DNA of 55,870 nt from a virus (IMGVR_UViG_3300000059_000001:1-55870); one strand, 5' to 3'; numbered from the stretch's first letter, positions 1 through 8,686 are shown. Numbers and translations: made by a program. Notes: a model not told the origin generated them from the sequence alone.

Positions 1-105
1 TTACTTCAAGCAAGGCAGATGTTAGAGGTTCCTGCAAACTTAACAGGGATCTTATCCATGGAAGATGTATCGAGTTCATTTTTGGAGGGCAGATATTATC
101 TTACA
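1..105. repeat. Terminal overlap copy 1 (identical to 55766-55870)
   Basis: ttacttcaagcaaggcagatgttagagg...agatattatcttaca read at both window ends. Confidence 0.9.
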
Positions 106-765
106 GAGAGAGAAAGCAAACTGTATGAAAATATCTACCGGATGAAAACTGTAAGTGAAAAATTGGCCGGAATGCGTATACCATACCTTAATTCTATTTT
201 GTTATATGGCGGTAGCGGAACTGGTAAAACGACATTCGGTAAATATGTGGCATATAAAATGGGGCTTCCATTCTGCTATATTAACTTTTCAAATTTGATA
301 GATGCCTATATGGGGAATACAGCAAAAAACATAAGCAAAGTATTTAGATACATATCCACAAACCAATGCGTGTTTATGTTGGATGAGATTGATTGTATCA
401 GCATACGGCGTAGTTCTGCCGGTTCTACTGGCACAGATGGAGAAATGGCAAGAACCACAATTTGTTTGATGCAAGAGTTTGATAATTTGGCAAATGACAT
501 TGTCATAATAGGAGCCACCAACAGAAAAGACATGATGGATGAAGCGTTACTCAGGCGCTTTACTGTAAAACATGAAGTAAAGGTATTGAGTGATGCTGAC
601 AAAATCGCCATGGTAAAAAAATATTTAAATGATATAGGTATAGATATATCGTTCACAAACAACGAAATTCGTGAGGTTTTAAAAATAGGCAATCAATCCA
701 AAATATTAAATTACCTTATCCATAAAATAGCTAAAAAAATTGAGGAGGAGTCAGATGGATTGTAA
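1..765 (+). CDS. AAA+ ATPase, C-terminal part (same gene as 55625-55870; true start ATG 55625 across the junction)
   Basis: Walker A GGSGTGKT, Walker B VFMLDEID, ATNR...LLRRF region; frame open from base 1 and in phase with the 55625 ORF. Confidence 0.85.
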   Translation, partial: LLQARQMLEVPANLTGILSMEDVSSSFLEGRYYLTERESKLYENIYRMKTVSEKLAGMRIPYLNSILLYGGSGTGKTTFGKYVAYKMGLPFCYINFSNLIDAYMGNTAKNISKVFRYISTNQCVFMLDEIDCISIRRSSAGSTGTDGEMARTTICLMQEFDNLANDIVIIGATNRKDMMDEALLRRFTVKHEVKVLSDADKIAMVKKYLNDIGIDISFTNNEIREVLKIGNQSKILNYLIHKIAKKIEEESDGL

Positions 766-901
766 AAGATTAGCAGAAGTAGTAAAGCATTTTGTAGATA
801 TAGATTTTTTGGCGGCAGAAATAAAAGCCTGTGATCAAGAAATCAAAACAATAGAAGAGCTGGTTGAATATTTAGAGAGTGAACTCAGCTATGCAAATTA
901 A
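755..901 (+). CDS. Small hypothetical protein (48 aa, helical/acidic)
   Basis: ATG 755 preceded by GAGGAGGAG (745-753), overlaps the ATPase stop; below ORF-track size cut-off. Confidence 0.45.
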   Translation: MDCKRLAEVVKHFVDIDFLAAEIKACDQEIKTIEELVEYLESELSYAN

Positions 902-921
902 ATAACCAGAAAGGAGCAGTT

Positions 922-949
922 TGCCGGCCGGCAGTAAAGGGCGCCCTTT
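922..949. promoter_or_regulatory. Two GC-rich perfect palindromes upstream of the methyltransferase start
   Basis: tgccggccggca (922-933) and aaagggcgcccttt (936-949), each its own reverse complement, in an AT-rich replicon. Confidence 0.5.
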
Positions 950-960
950 CAGGAGTGACG

Positions 961-1959
961 ATGATTATAAACGGAGATTGCAAAGAAATATTAAAGACAT
1001 TAGAGAGCAACAGCATAAATTGTTGTGTAACATCCCCACCCTATTACGGACTACGTGATTATGGTGTGGAGGGGCAGATTGGCTTGGAGAATACTCCACA
1101 AGAGTACATTGATAAGCTGGTTATGGTGTTTAGAGAGGTTAAGCGAGTTTTAAGGGATGACGGTACTTTATGGGTAAACATTGCGGATACATATTGTTCT
1201 ACGGCGCCTGGGACAAAAGGCGATTCGCACTTTATTAAGGAGTGTAAACAAGCAACAAGAGATGCCCGTAAAAAGTATAGAGTCCAAACTCCGAAAAAGA
1301 TGAAGCCGAAAGACCTGATGGGCATACCGTGGATGTTAGCATTTGCACTGCGGGATGATGGCTGGTATCTCAGACAGGATATTATCTGGCATAAACCTAA
1401 CCCAATGCCAGAAAGCGTGAAAGACAGGTGTACAAAAGCCCATGAGTACATATTTCTTCTGTCCAAGTCAAGGCGTTACTATTTTGACCATGAAGCGATA
1501 AAAGAACCATGTGTCGGATTTAACAATGACCCGCCTGCAGGAAGTTTGGGAACATTCAAACCGAATACCAGACGTAGAAAAGGTAATAATAAAACCTTTC
1601 GTGGCGGTGGAGCATATACAAATAATCAGTCTTTTAATAACCATACGGATGCCCAAAATACTAGTGTTGGTAATAAGCCAAATGAGACCGGATTAAAAAA
1701 TAAACGTAGTGTCTGGACAGTAGGCACAAGAGGATACAAGGGTGCTCACTTTGCCACATTTCCACCGGATTTGATAAAACCTTGTATATTAGCAGGATGT
1801 CCAGAAAATGGAACGGTATTAGACCCATTTTCCGGATCGGGAACAACGGGAGAAGTAGCCGAACAGAGTAAAAGGAAGTACGTAGGGATTGAGTTAAATC
1901 CACAATATTGCGAATTGCAGGAAGACAGATTGCAGTATTGTGGAGAGGTACATATATGA
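961..1959 (+). CDS. DNA methyltransferase, beta-class amino-MTase (N4-cytosine or N6-adenine)
   Basis: Motif IV TSPPYYGLRDY near N-terminus, motif I DPFSGSGTTG near C-terminus; SD CAGGAG before ATG 961 (GTG 955 alternative). Confidence 0.85.
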   Translation: MIINGDCKEILKTLESNSINCCVTSPPYYGLRDYGVEGQIGLENTPQEYIDKLVMVFREVKRVLRDDGTLWVNIADTYCSTAPGTKGDSHFIKECKQATRDARKKYRVQTPKKMKPKDLMGIPWMLAFALRDDGWYLRQDIIWHKPNPMPESVKDRCTKAHEYIFLLSKSRRYYFDHEAIKEPCVGFNNDPPAGSLGTFKPNTRRRKGNNKTFRGGGAYTNNQSFNNHTDAQNTSVGNKPNETGLKNKRSVWTVGTRGYKGAHFATFPPDLIKPCILAGCPENGTVLDPFSGSGTTGEVAEQSKRKYVGIELNPQYCELQEDRLQYCGEVHI

Positions 1960-2228
1960 AATCTGTAAAAGGTCAGATGATGCTTGTATGTCGTGAGACA
2001 AAAAATGATAAAGCAATTATCAAAGAATCATCAGAAAAATACAAAGGAAAGTTAAAGCCTTGTCCCTTCTGTGGTGGTGAAATGGAACCAGAAGTAATGT
2101 GTTGGGAAGTACAAGAGGGGGTTATAAATCCAGATACTATAAAAGTGCATTGCTTCCATTGTGGATCAACAGGTGGAAGTGCATGGACTAAAAAAGAAGC
2201 AGTCGAAAACTGGAACAAGAGAACATAG
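1956..2228 (+). CDS. Lar-family restriction-alleviation zinc-ribbon protein
   Basis: LKPCPFCGG ... CFHCG ... EAVENWNKR pattern; ATG 1956 overlaps the MTase stop (ATGA coupling). Confidence 0.75.
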   Translation: MKSVKGQMMLVCRETKNDKAIIKESSEKYKGKLKPCPFCGGEMEPEVMCWEVQEGVINPDTIKVHCFHCGSTGGSAWTKKEAVENWNKRT

Positions 2229-2277
2229 AAAGGAGCCGGAACCTCCATGGAAAAGTGCGCTGGGTTCCTTTCAAAAA

Positions 2278-3054
2278 ATGGCAAGAACAAAGATTATAGT
2301 ACCAGAGGGAGTACAGACAGATTACACCAGTGTGATTGTTAGTTACTCCAATGGGATAGACAGTACAGGAGCCTTGTATTGGGCCCTGAAAGAGTTTTCA
2401 AAGGATAAAATAATTCTGTTGTACTGCGACACAGGATTTGAGTACCCCGAAAACATACAGATGTTTTACAGGACAGCAAAGTTTATCGGTGTAAAGCCGG
2501 TCATGTTAGAGCATCCGAAAGGGTTTCTTCAACTGTTGTTGGAAGAACGGTTAAAATGGCCAGACATGAAGAATCGGTGGTGCACGGCATACTTAAAGAC
2601 TGGTATCACAGATAAGTGGATACGTGCCAATAGGCATATCTTAGGCACAAAGTGTCTATTTGTTACTGGAGAGCGAAGGGATGAGAGTCGCAGTAGAGCC
2701 ATACTGCCAGAAATTGAGTACCACAGCACTACCTTAAAAACAAAACGTGTGGCAGACTTTACTTGTCACTGGTTCCGCCCGTGTCTCGATTTCGAAAAAG
2801 GTAAAATGTTTGAACAGGGGCGAGAATTAAAAATGGAACCGCACTTTTGTTACGAGTATCTTGGCAGATGTAGCTGTATGGCGTGTATGTTTATGAGCGA
2901 TAAGCACGCCGTGGAAAATATGCGGCGGTACCCAGAGCAAATAAAGCCTTTTATCCAGGCGGAAATCCGGCTAGGCCATACATGGAAAAAAGGTAAAAGC
3001 CTGCAGGAGTTGTGGGATGGATGTATGGACATTGACGACGTAGAGGAGGTATGA
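2278..3054 (+). CDS. PAPS-reductase / PP-loop ATPase family protein (DndC-like superfamily)
   Basis: PP-loop-like VSYSNGIDST, GERRDESRSR, C-terminal Cys cluster CSCMACMF; start uncertain (no SD before ATG 2278; frame open from 2161). Confidence 0.7.
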   Translation: MARTKIIVPEGVQTDYTSVIVSYSNGIDSTGALYWALKEFSKDKIILLYCDTGFEYPENIQMFYRTAKFIGVKPVMLEHPKGFLQLLLEERLKWPDMKNRWCTAYLKTGITDKWIRANRHILGTKCLFVTGERRDESRSRAILPEIEYHSTTLKTKRVADFTCHWFRPCLDFEKGKMFEQGRELKMEPHFCYEYLGRCSCMACMFMSDKHAVENMRRYPEQIKPFIQAEIRLGHTWKKGKSLQELWDGCMDIDDVEEV

Positions 3055-3055
3055 C

Positions 3056-3391
3056 ATGGATATAAAAGATTTTAAAGTAAATCAAACGGTTTTTGTCCTG
3101 AATATGCACATTGGAAGATTAAGGGAACCTGATATCACCGAAGACAGAGTGGCAAAGATGGGCAAAAAATATTTGTATACTACTAGCGGCCGAAGATACA
3201 AAGAAAGCCTGAACGGGCTTATGGAATCCGATATCTGTGGAGAGGGAACGTTGCTGTATCCAACATGGGCAGACGCAGAATCCAGACTTGAAGAATATAA
3301 TCTAAAACGATGGCTAAATAAGCTATCATGGAACGACTTAAAGGGGTGCACCCTTGAACAGTTAAGGCAAGTTAAACAGATAATAGGCTAA
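3056..3391 (+). CDS. Hypothetical protein (111 aa)
   Basis: GAGGAGG SD, ATG 3056 two bases after upstream stop; no motif recognised. Confidence 0.6.
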   Translation: MDIKDFKVNQTVFVLNMHIGRLREPDITEDRVAKMGKKYLYTTSGRRYKESLNGLMESDICGEGTLLYPTWADAESRLEEYNLKRWLNKLSWNDLKGCTLEQLRQVKQIIG

Positions 3392-3444
3392 GAAAGGAGA
3401 CCAGAACCGCTGCAGCGTAAAAGGTACCTGGTTCTCCAAAACAT

Positions 3445-4869
3445 ATGAAACAGACTTATACAAAACAACATTATATTGAGCAGGAAAAATACATTGTTGG
3501 TTGTTTCCAAAAAGGAAAATACCACGGTTTAAAAGAAATTGTTATAGATAACTTCGCTGGTGGCGGCGGTGCTTCCGTTGGGATCGAAATGGCAACAGGT
3601 CATAGTGTCTATGCTGCTATCAATCATGATCCGGAAGCGGTACGGATGCATATGGCAAATCATCCACATACAAAACATTATTGTGAGTCCGTATGGGATG
3701 TGGACCCATTAGAGGTATGCAATGGTAAACCTGTAGGACTTGCGTGGTTTTCTCCTGATTGCAAGCATTTTTCTAAGGCGAAGGGCGGAAAACCAAAGGA
3801 TAAGACGATCAGAGGTCTTGCATGGGTAGCACTTCGATGGGCGGGATTAGTTAGACCCAGAGTAATAATGCTCGAAAATGTGGAAGAGTTTAAAACATGG
3901 GGACCTCTTAACCGCAATCATAATCCCATTAAAGCCAAAAAGGGTGTTACTTTTTATAAATTTGTAAAGCAGCTCCAAAATTTAGGCTATCAGGTAGATC
4001 ACAAGGAGTTAATAGCGGCAGACCACGGAACACCGACACTACGTAAAAGATTTGTGTTGATTGCCCGTTGTGATGGATTACCGATTGTCTGGCCGGAGCA
4101 AACACATGCTGACTGCAATAGTGATGATGTGCTACAAGGCATTAAAAAGCCTTATATACCAGCAGCGGATATCATTAACTGGGATAACTTAGGTAATAGC
4201 ATATTTGGCAGGACAAAGCCATTAAAACCTAAAACAATGACCCGTATAGCGAACGGAGTTATGCAGTTTGTTGTCAACAATCCAAATAGATATATTTTAC
4301 CGGATAACAAGGCTTCCGCTTTTCTGATCCAGTATCACTCAGAAACAAAAAAAGGGCAGGTCAGAGGACAGGAACTAAATAAACCTATGATGACCATTGA
4401 CGGCAGTCCCCGGTATGCATTGATCACAGCATTTATAACTAAGTTTTATAAAACAGGTACAGGACAGGATATTTTACAGCCCTTACATACCATAACAACA
4501 AGCCCTGGACACTTTGGTTTAGTTTCAGCTTTCTTGATCAAGTATTACGGCAATATGACAGCACATGACGTCAGAGAGCCATTGGATACCATTACAACAA
4601 AAGATAGATTCGGTCTTATATCTGTACTGATTGATGGTGAGACATATGTTATCTATGATATCTATCTTAAAATGCTGGAATCATGTGAACTGTATGCGGC
4701 ACAAGGATTTCCGTCGGATTATATTTATGATCATGACATTTTAGGTAAAGAAATAACGGGCACAGAGCAAAAGGCGAAATGCGGCAATGCAGTATGTCCA
4801 CCTTTGGCACAGGCATTAGTTAAGGCAAATCTGCCTGAAATGTGTGTAGGGAGCGATTACCGAACATGA
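3445..4869 (+). CDS. DNA (cytosine-5)-methyltransferase
   Basis: Motif I DNFAGGGGAS, motif IV SPDCKHFS, motif VI MLENVEEF, QGFP, motif X GNAVCPP. Confidence 0.9.
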   Translation: MKQTYTKQHYIEQEKYIVGCFQKGKYHGLKEIVIDNFAGGGGASVGIEMATGHSVYAAINHDPEAVRMHMANHPHTKHYCESVWDVDPLEVCNGKPVGLAWFSPDCKHFSKAKGGKPKDKTIRGLAWVALRWAGLVRPRVIMLENVEEFKTWGPLNRNHNPIKAKKGVTFYKFVKQLQNLGYQVDHKELIAADHGTPTLRKRFVLIARCDGLPIVWPEQTHADCNSDDVLQGIKKPYIPAADIINWDNLGNSIFGRTKPLKPKTMTRIANGVMQFVVNNPNRYILPDNKASAFLIQYHSETKKGQVRGQELNKPMMTIDGSPRYALITAFITKFYKTGTGQDILQPLHTITTSPGHFGLVSAFLIKYYGNMTAHDVREPLDTITTKDRFGLISVLIDGETYVIYDIYLKMLESCELYAAQGFPSDYIYDHDILGKEITGTEQKAKCGNAVCPPLAQALVKANLPEMCVGSDYRT

Positions 4870-4921
4870 GCATAGATTATAGTCAAGAGCAGTTGAGGTT
4901 TGCATGATAGGGAGATGGCTT

Positions 4922-5005
4922 ATGATTGAGATTATAAATTTTCTGGTAGCCATGTTGATTATTTTAATACTGATCGACAGGCTTGATCAGATAAAGAGGA
5001 TATAA
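4922..5005 (+). CDS. Possible 27-aa hydrophobic peptide
   Basis: MIEIINFLVAMLIILILIDRLDQIKRI; GGGAG 7 nt upstream of ATG 4922; very short, unverified. Confidence 0.25.
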   Translation: MIEIINFLVAMLIILILIDRLDQIKRI

Positions 5006-5030
5006 GTAATAGGAGAAAGGAACGACTCAA

Positions 5031-5447
5031 ATGGATCAAATATATGTAGAATCAACCCTAAAAGAAATACAAAAACTAACATATGAAATTAACGAAAAGC
5101 AAATGGCATTATTGCATTTAAGGGAACGTTTTTTTACTGAATTTGAACTTGAAAAATACAGGGAAGCGCTAGTCGGTAAACACTATAAAATTAAAAGTTG
5201 GTATGGTCACTCGGAGATAGAAGATTATTGGTATATCTACCGCAAAATTACAGAAATAACCGATGAAGGGATCATGAAGATCACAGATGTGGAGCAAGAT
5301 ATGAACGGAAAAACAACATATCAAGAAATACGATCTAAGTGCAAATATACAATCATGGACAATTGGATCGAAATTACAAAAGAAGAATATAAAGAAAAGA
5401 CAGTATCTATTATAAGTAAAATTCTGCACAAAGTAATGTCATTATAA
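5031..5447 (+). CDS. Hypothetical protein (138 aa)
   Basis: ORF with AGGAGAAAGG upstream; no motif recognised. Confidence 0.6.
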   Translation: MDQIYVESTLKEIQKLTYEINEKQMALLHLRERFFTEFELEKYREALVGKHYKIKSWYGHSEIEDYWYIYRKITEITDEGIMKITDVEQDMNGKTTYQEIRSKCKYTIMDNWIEITKEEYKEKTVSIISKILHKVMSL

Positions 5448-5534
5448 GGATGATAGAAGCATCACAAATGAAAGCAATAACCTTATGGCAAACATGGTTT
5501 TAGGTTTGACATGGAATTAGGGAGGTGAATAGTA

Positions 5535-5723
5535 ATGAAATATATAGGCCCTTTTGTGTTAGCATCGATTGTAACCATATTTTTTGCTGCATTATTAATT
5601 TTAATGGTTATCAATCCGGGATTAGCATTTTTGCTATTGTGTATTCTTGCTTTAGTAATAATATTTGGATCAGTTTTTACACTGTTAATATTGTATAAGA
5701 AAAGTAAGGGAGGGGATATGTAG
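5535..5723 (+). CDS. Small two-TM membrane protein
   Basis: GGAGGTG SD; two hydrophobic helices then KKSKGGDM tail. Confidence 0.6.
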   Translation: MKYIGPFVLASIVTIFFAALLILMVINPGLAFLLLCILALVIIFGSVFTLLILYKKSKGGDM

Positions 5724-6232
5724 TGTATTTATTTATATTAATTTCATTGTTAATATTTGTATTGATATATGTACTTATCATTAGAGATGTTATGCCAAGT
5801 GAAGGTGTAATGGTAAATATGGGATTCAGTTTATTTTGCGGTTTTATAATAACATTTATAGTTAATATTGCTATAGAAACTATTAGACCACCTGTTCAGA
5901 ATACAGAAATATTGTGCACAGAGACACAAAAGCTTCATTCTTTTACTGAGGGAAATAAATCATATATTGTACGTGAACAGTTAGATTTTAAAGATGTTTA
6001 TCGCTGTATGGTTGAAACCAAAAACGGTGCACACATAGAGGAGTATAATGCTAAAGATGTATATTTGAAAGAAGATACCAATGCAAGAATAGAGACTTAT
6101 AGTAGTGTAACTGTGTTCGAAGGTGGAATTGATGAGAGGTTTAAAAACTGGCTCTTTGTAGCAAAGAGAAGAGATCCAGAGCACTTCATTACTCACTATA
6201 AAATATATGTTCCCAGAAAGGATTTTAAATGA
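5723..6232 (+). CDS. Membrane-anchored protein, paralogue A
   Basis: GTG start after GGGAGGGG; two N-terminal TM helices plus soluble domain ending HYKIYVPRK; similar architecture to 6257-6778. Confidence 0.6.
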   Translation: MYLFILISLLIFVLIYVLIIRDVMPSEGVMVNMGFSLFCGFIITFIVNIAIETIRPPVQNTEILCTETQKLHSFTEGNKSYIVREQLDFKDVYRCMVETKNGAHIEEYNAKDVYLKEDTNARIETYSSVTVFEGGIDERFKNWLFVAKRRDPEHFITHYKIYVPRKDFK

Positions 6233-6256
6233 TGAAACTATAGATAGGAGATTAAC

Positions 6257-6778
6257 ATGTATATAATATTAATAAGCATAACTATTTTCTCGGGAATAAG
6301 AGTTATTGGAATGATTATAGATGATGAAGTTGATAGTATAAGATTTTTTCCCTCTATTTTATCAGGTGCATCTATCGGATTTGTGATTACAGTTATGGGG
6401 AGTTTATTATTAAACCCATTAATTGAGGAGGAGATAGAAATAAAATGTACACAAAGAAATAGATTGATTTTGTTTGACGATAACAACTACATAATTCAAG
6501 AGGGAATAAACGGCAAATATCTATACCAGTGTAAATTTAAAGAAGATGGAGAGATAATCAAGGAGCAATATCTTGCAGAACGGACGTATGTTTTGCAAGG
6601 AAATTATGAACCAACAATAGAGATATATAAGAAAGTGACTATATTCAAAGGCCTTGGCACGATGTTAAATGATTGGTTTTTCCTCCTGCCCAAACCAAAT
6701 GAAGAAATAGAAGCAGAAGATATTGATCATTATAAAATCTACATCCCTAATGGGACAATAAAAGATAAAACAGGATGA
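6257..6778 (+). CDS. Membrane-anchored protein, paralogue B
   Basis: Same layout as 5723-6232; shared C-terminal HYKIYIP and internal Y.C / IE.Y..VT.F.G motifs. Confidence 0.6.
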   Translation: MYIILISITIFSGIRVIGMIIDDEVDSIRFFPSILSGASIGFVITVMGSLLLNPLIEEEIEIKCTQRNRLILFDDNNYIIQEGINGKYLYQCKFKEDGEIIKEQYLAERTYVLQGNYEPTIEIYKKVTIFKGLGTMLNDWFFLLPKPNEEIEAEDIDHYKIYIPNGTIKDKTG

Positions 6779-6839
6779 ATGAGATTCAAAAATAGCTAAG
6801 CAGGAGGGACAAAAATCGGAAACAGAAAAAGAAAAAGAC

Positions 6840-7250
6840 ATTTGGGGTAACGAAGCAAAAAAAGAATACCTCAGATCTTATCAGATAGCGGTTCGTCGAG
6901 AGAAAATACTCCAGGATGAAATACAGCAGTTGCGAGCGGACAAAATGTTTCCGTGCTTGATTTTGAATGATATGCCACATGGGAGTAATCATAATGATTT
7001 ATCAACATATGCCGCCATGCTGGATGATAAGATAACTGAGTTGAAAACAGAATGCTATTCGAAGGTAAAATTATACACAGAAATAAAGTATAGTATCGAT
7101 TGTATGGACAATGATACTGAACAAGATGTGCTTCGGTTGAAATACATCCATGGTATGACATGGGAAAATATAAGTACAGAAATGAATTATACATTCCAAC
7201 ACTTGCACAAAATCCATGCACGAGCACTCAGGAATTTTAAGAGGCGATAG
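6840..7250 (+). CDS. Sigma-70 region-4-like HTH regulator (phage/ICE type), probable ATT start
   Basis: C-terminal VLRLKYIHGMTWENIS...KIHARALRNF; family-typical N-terminal YLRSYQ...NDMPHG lies upstream of TTG 6930; frame open from 6783 with no ATG/GTG/TTG, ATT at 6840. Confidence 0.55.
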   Translation: MWGNEAKKEYLRSYQIAVRREKILQDEIQQLRADKMFPCLILNDMPHGSNHNDLSTYAAMLDDKITELKTECYSKVKLYTEIKYSIDCMDNDTEQDVLRLKYIHGMTWENISTEMNYTFQHLHKIHARALRNFKRR

Positions 7251-7316
7251 AATGCGATACTATGTCTATGATATTATATAAAATATAATAAAAACAAAGT
7301 TCATTTACTACCTCCT

Positions 7317-7362
7317 AAATAAGGGATATCTTGATTCATTCAAGGTGTCCCTTATTTATTTA
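7317..7362 (+). terminator. Hairpin terminator after the first sigma-like gene
   Basis: aaataagggatatcttga / tcaaggtgtcccttattt ~17-bp imperfect stem followed by T-rich run. Confidence 0.55.
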
Positions 7363-7402
7363 AGATTGTACTTATAATTTCACATTCTTGCGGAGTGTAA
7401 CA

Positions 7403-7442
7403 GGGGTACTTGTCTAATATTTGGACAGGTACCCCATTTTTA
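7403..7442 (+). terminator. Promoter-proximal hairpin plus T-run directly upstream of 7465 (possible attenuator)
   Basis: ggggtacttgtc / gacaggtacccc stem then atttttatt; tataat at 7373-7378 upstream. Confidence 0.45.
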
Positions 7443-7464
7443 TTCAAAAAGGGGGAATAATATC

Positions 7465-7914
7465 ATGATAGACAAAAAAATATTAGTTCAATATTGCGAT
7501 TTACAGCAAGAAATCAAAGATTTAAGGCAGCGAATTGAAAAGGTAGAACGGGTACTGCATCGGATGGTAGATGGCAGTAACAATGTATCTGATACCGTCA
7601 AAGGGACACGCAAGGATGGTACTTATGGTTCTATAACGATTAGTGGTATCCCTTACGCTGAAATTGTTAAGAAGGAGCAGCTGATACTGATAAATAAAAA
7701 GAAGCTTGAAATAAAAGTACAGGAGTTATTATCACAATTAAACGAAGTGGAAGATTTTATTGAAGAGATTGAGGACAGTCGTATACGTAGAATCTTCCGA
7801 CACCGATACATAGATAACTTATCATGGATACAGGTTGCTCATCGGATGGGTGGTGGCCATACATCCGAAAGTTGTCGTAATGCCCATGATAGGGCATTAG
7901 GATTAAAAAAATAA
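7465..7914 (+). CDS. Sigma-70 region-4-like HTH regulator, second copy
   Basis: IRRIFRHRYIDNLSWIQVAHRMG...NAHDRAL C-terminus; coiled N-terminus; GGGGGA SD. Confidence 0.6.
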   Translation: MIDKKILVQYCDLQQEIKDLRQRIEKVERVLHRMVDGSNNVSDTVKGTRKDGTYGSITISGIPYAEIVKKEQLILINKKKLEIKVQELLSQLNEVEDFIEEIEDSRIRRIFRHRYIDNLSWIQVAHRMGGGHTSESCRNAHDRALGLKK

Positions 7915-7942
7915 TGTTCGCCCGTTTCGCCCGTTTTTGTCA

Positions 7943-7951
7943 TGCTATAAT
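7943..7951 (+). promoter_or_regulatory. Extended -10 promoter element (TGcTATAAT)
   Basis: tgctataat about 50 nt upstream of ATG 8003, preceded by direct repeat ttcgcccgt x2. Confidence 0.4.
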
Positions 7952-8002
7952 GATATTAGTAAAAAGTGTAATTAACAAAATTCAAATTTAAGGAGAATAA
8001 AC

Positions 8003-8152
8003 ATGGAAAAAATCATTGAAAAAATTATTGATGCAAGAAAGAAAATTGAAGAGTTACAAAATGATAATGAAACACGAAGCAGAGAAAAAGCTTGTGCAAT
8101 TACACATCTTGAAGAAGCAGAGATGTGGTTGCAACGAGAATTAAATAAATAG
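8003..8152 (+). CDS. 49-aa helical-hairpin protein (candidate Acb2/Tad1-hairpin-like anti-defence protein)
   Basis: AAGGAGA SD; MEKIIEKIIDARKKIEELQNDNETRSREKACAITHLEEAEMWLQRELNK; A-I-T-x-L-E-E-A-x-M-W motif recalled from small phage proteins. Confidence 0.5.
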   Translation: MEKIIEKIIDARKKIEELQNDNETRSREKACAITHLEEAEMWLQRELNK

Positions 8153-8159
8153 ATATTAC

Positions 8160-8188
8160 AGCACTCGCAATTTACGGGGTGCTTTTTC
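8160..8188 (+). terminator. Rho-independent terminator
   Basis: agcactc / ggggtgct 7-bp stem (one G-U) followed by ttttt. Confidence 0.5.
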
Positions 8189-8212
8189 TATACTAAAAAC
8201 TATTGAAAGGAG

Positions 8213-8557
8213 GTGAGAAAACAGATTGACATTGATATCAGAAAGCGGATAAAAGAATACATAGAAATTGTTGAATTTCTTAAGAAAGTAGGTGGCAATG
8301 AAGAATTAAAGGTGACGCAAGAATACATTTTCATCACTCGAAAAAGATTAGAACATCTCATGCAGCAATTCGGTAACTACGATATTCCGAGATCAAAATT
8401 GCAAATCTGGAAGAAATTACACTGGATTGAAGCACCGCCTAATCGTCTCACTAACCAAATTCGGGTAGGAGAAAAGCGTGTGCAGCGCGTTAAAATTGAC
8501 CGAAAAATTGCAGAAGAATTGATCGAATTGGGAGGGAAGGATTACAAAGAAGTCTGA
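8213..8557 (+). CDS. Hypothetical DNA-binding-like protein (114 aa)
   Basis: GTG start after GGAGGTG; LQIWKKLHWIEAPPNRLTNQIRVGEKRVQRVKI resembles the C-terminal W..KGL...G..T..V...G....C motif of the DUF927 helicase at 51011-52867. Confidence 0.5.
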   Translation: MRKQIDIDIRKRIKEYIEIVEFLKKVGGNEELKVTQEYIFITRKRLEHLMQQFGNYDIPRSKLQIWKKLHWIEAPPNRLTNQIRVGEKRVQRVKIDRKIAEELIELGGKDYKEV

Positions 8558-8686
8558 TAACTTCTATTTTTTTTTGGCTAAAAATTAGTGCTGACATCGC
8601 AAAAAACAATATTGCGAAAGTCAACGGTAGGAAAGCGTTGATATTACTGAGATAAATAACATTTTGTCTACAGGTAGAGAATAGAC

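Noticed and set aside
2247-2342. SD-led ATG 2247 (31-aa ORF) out of frame with the PAPS-reductase-like gene, considered as evidence of a frameshift
   Set aside because: The PP-loop frame is open and motif-complete from ATG 2278. I cannot show a frameshift without homologue alignment, so only the start of 2278-3054 is flagged as uncertain.
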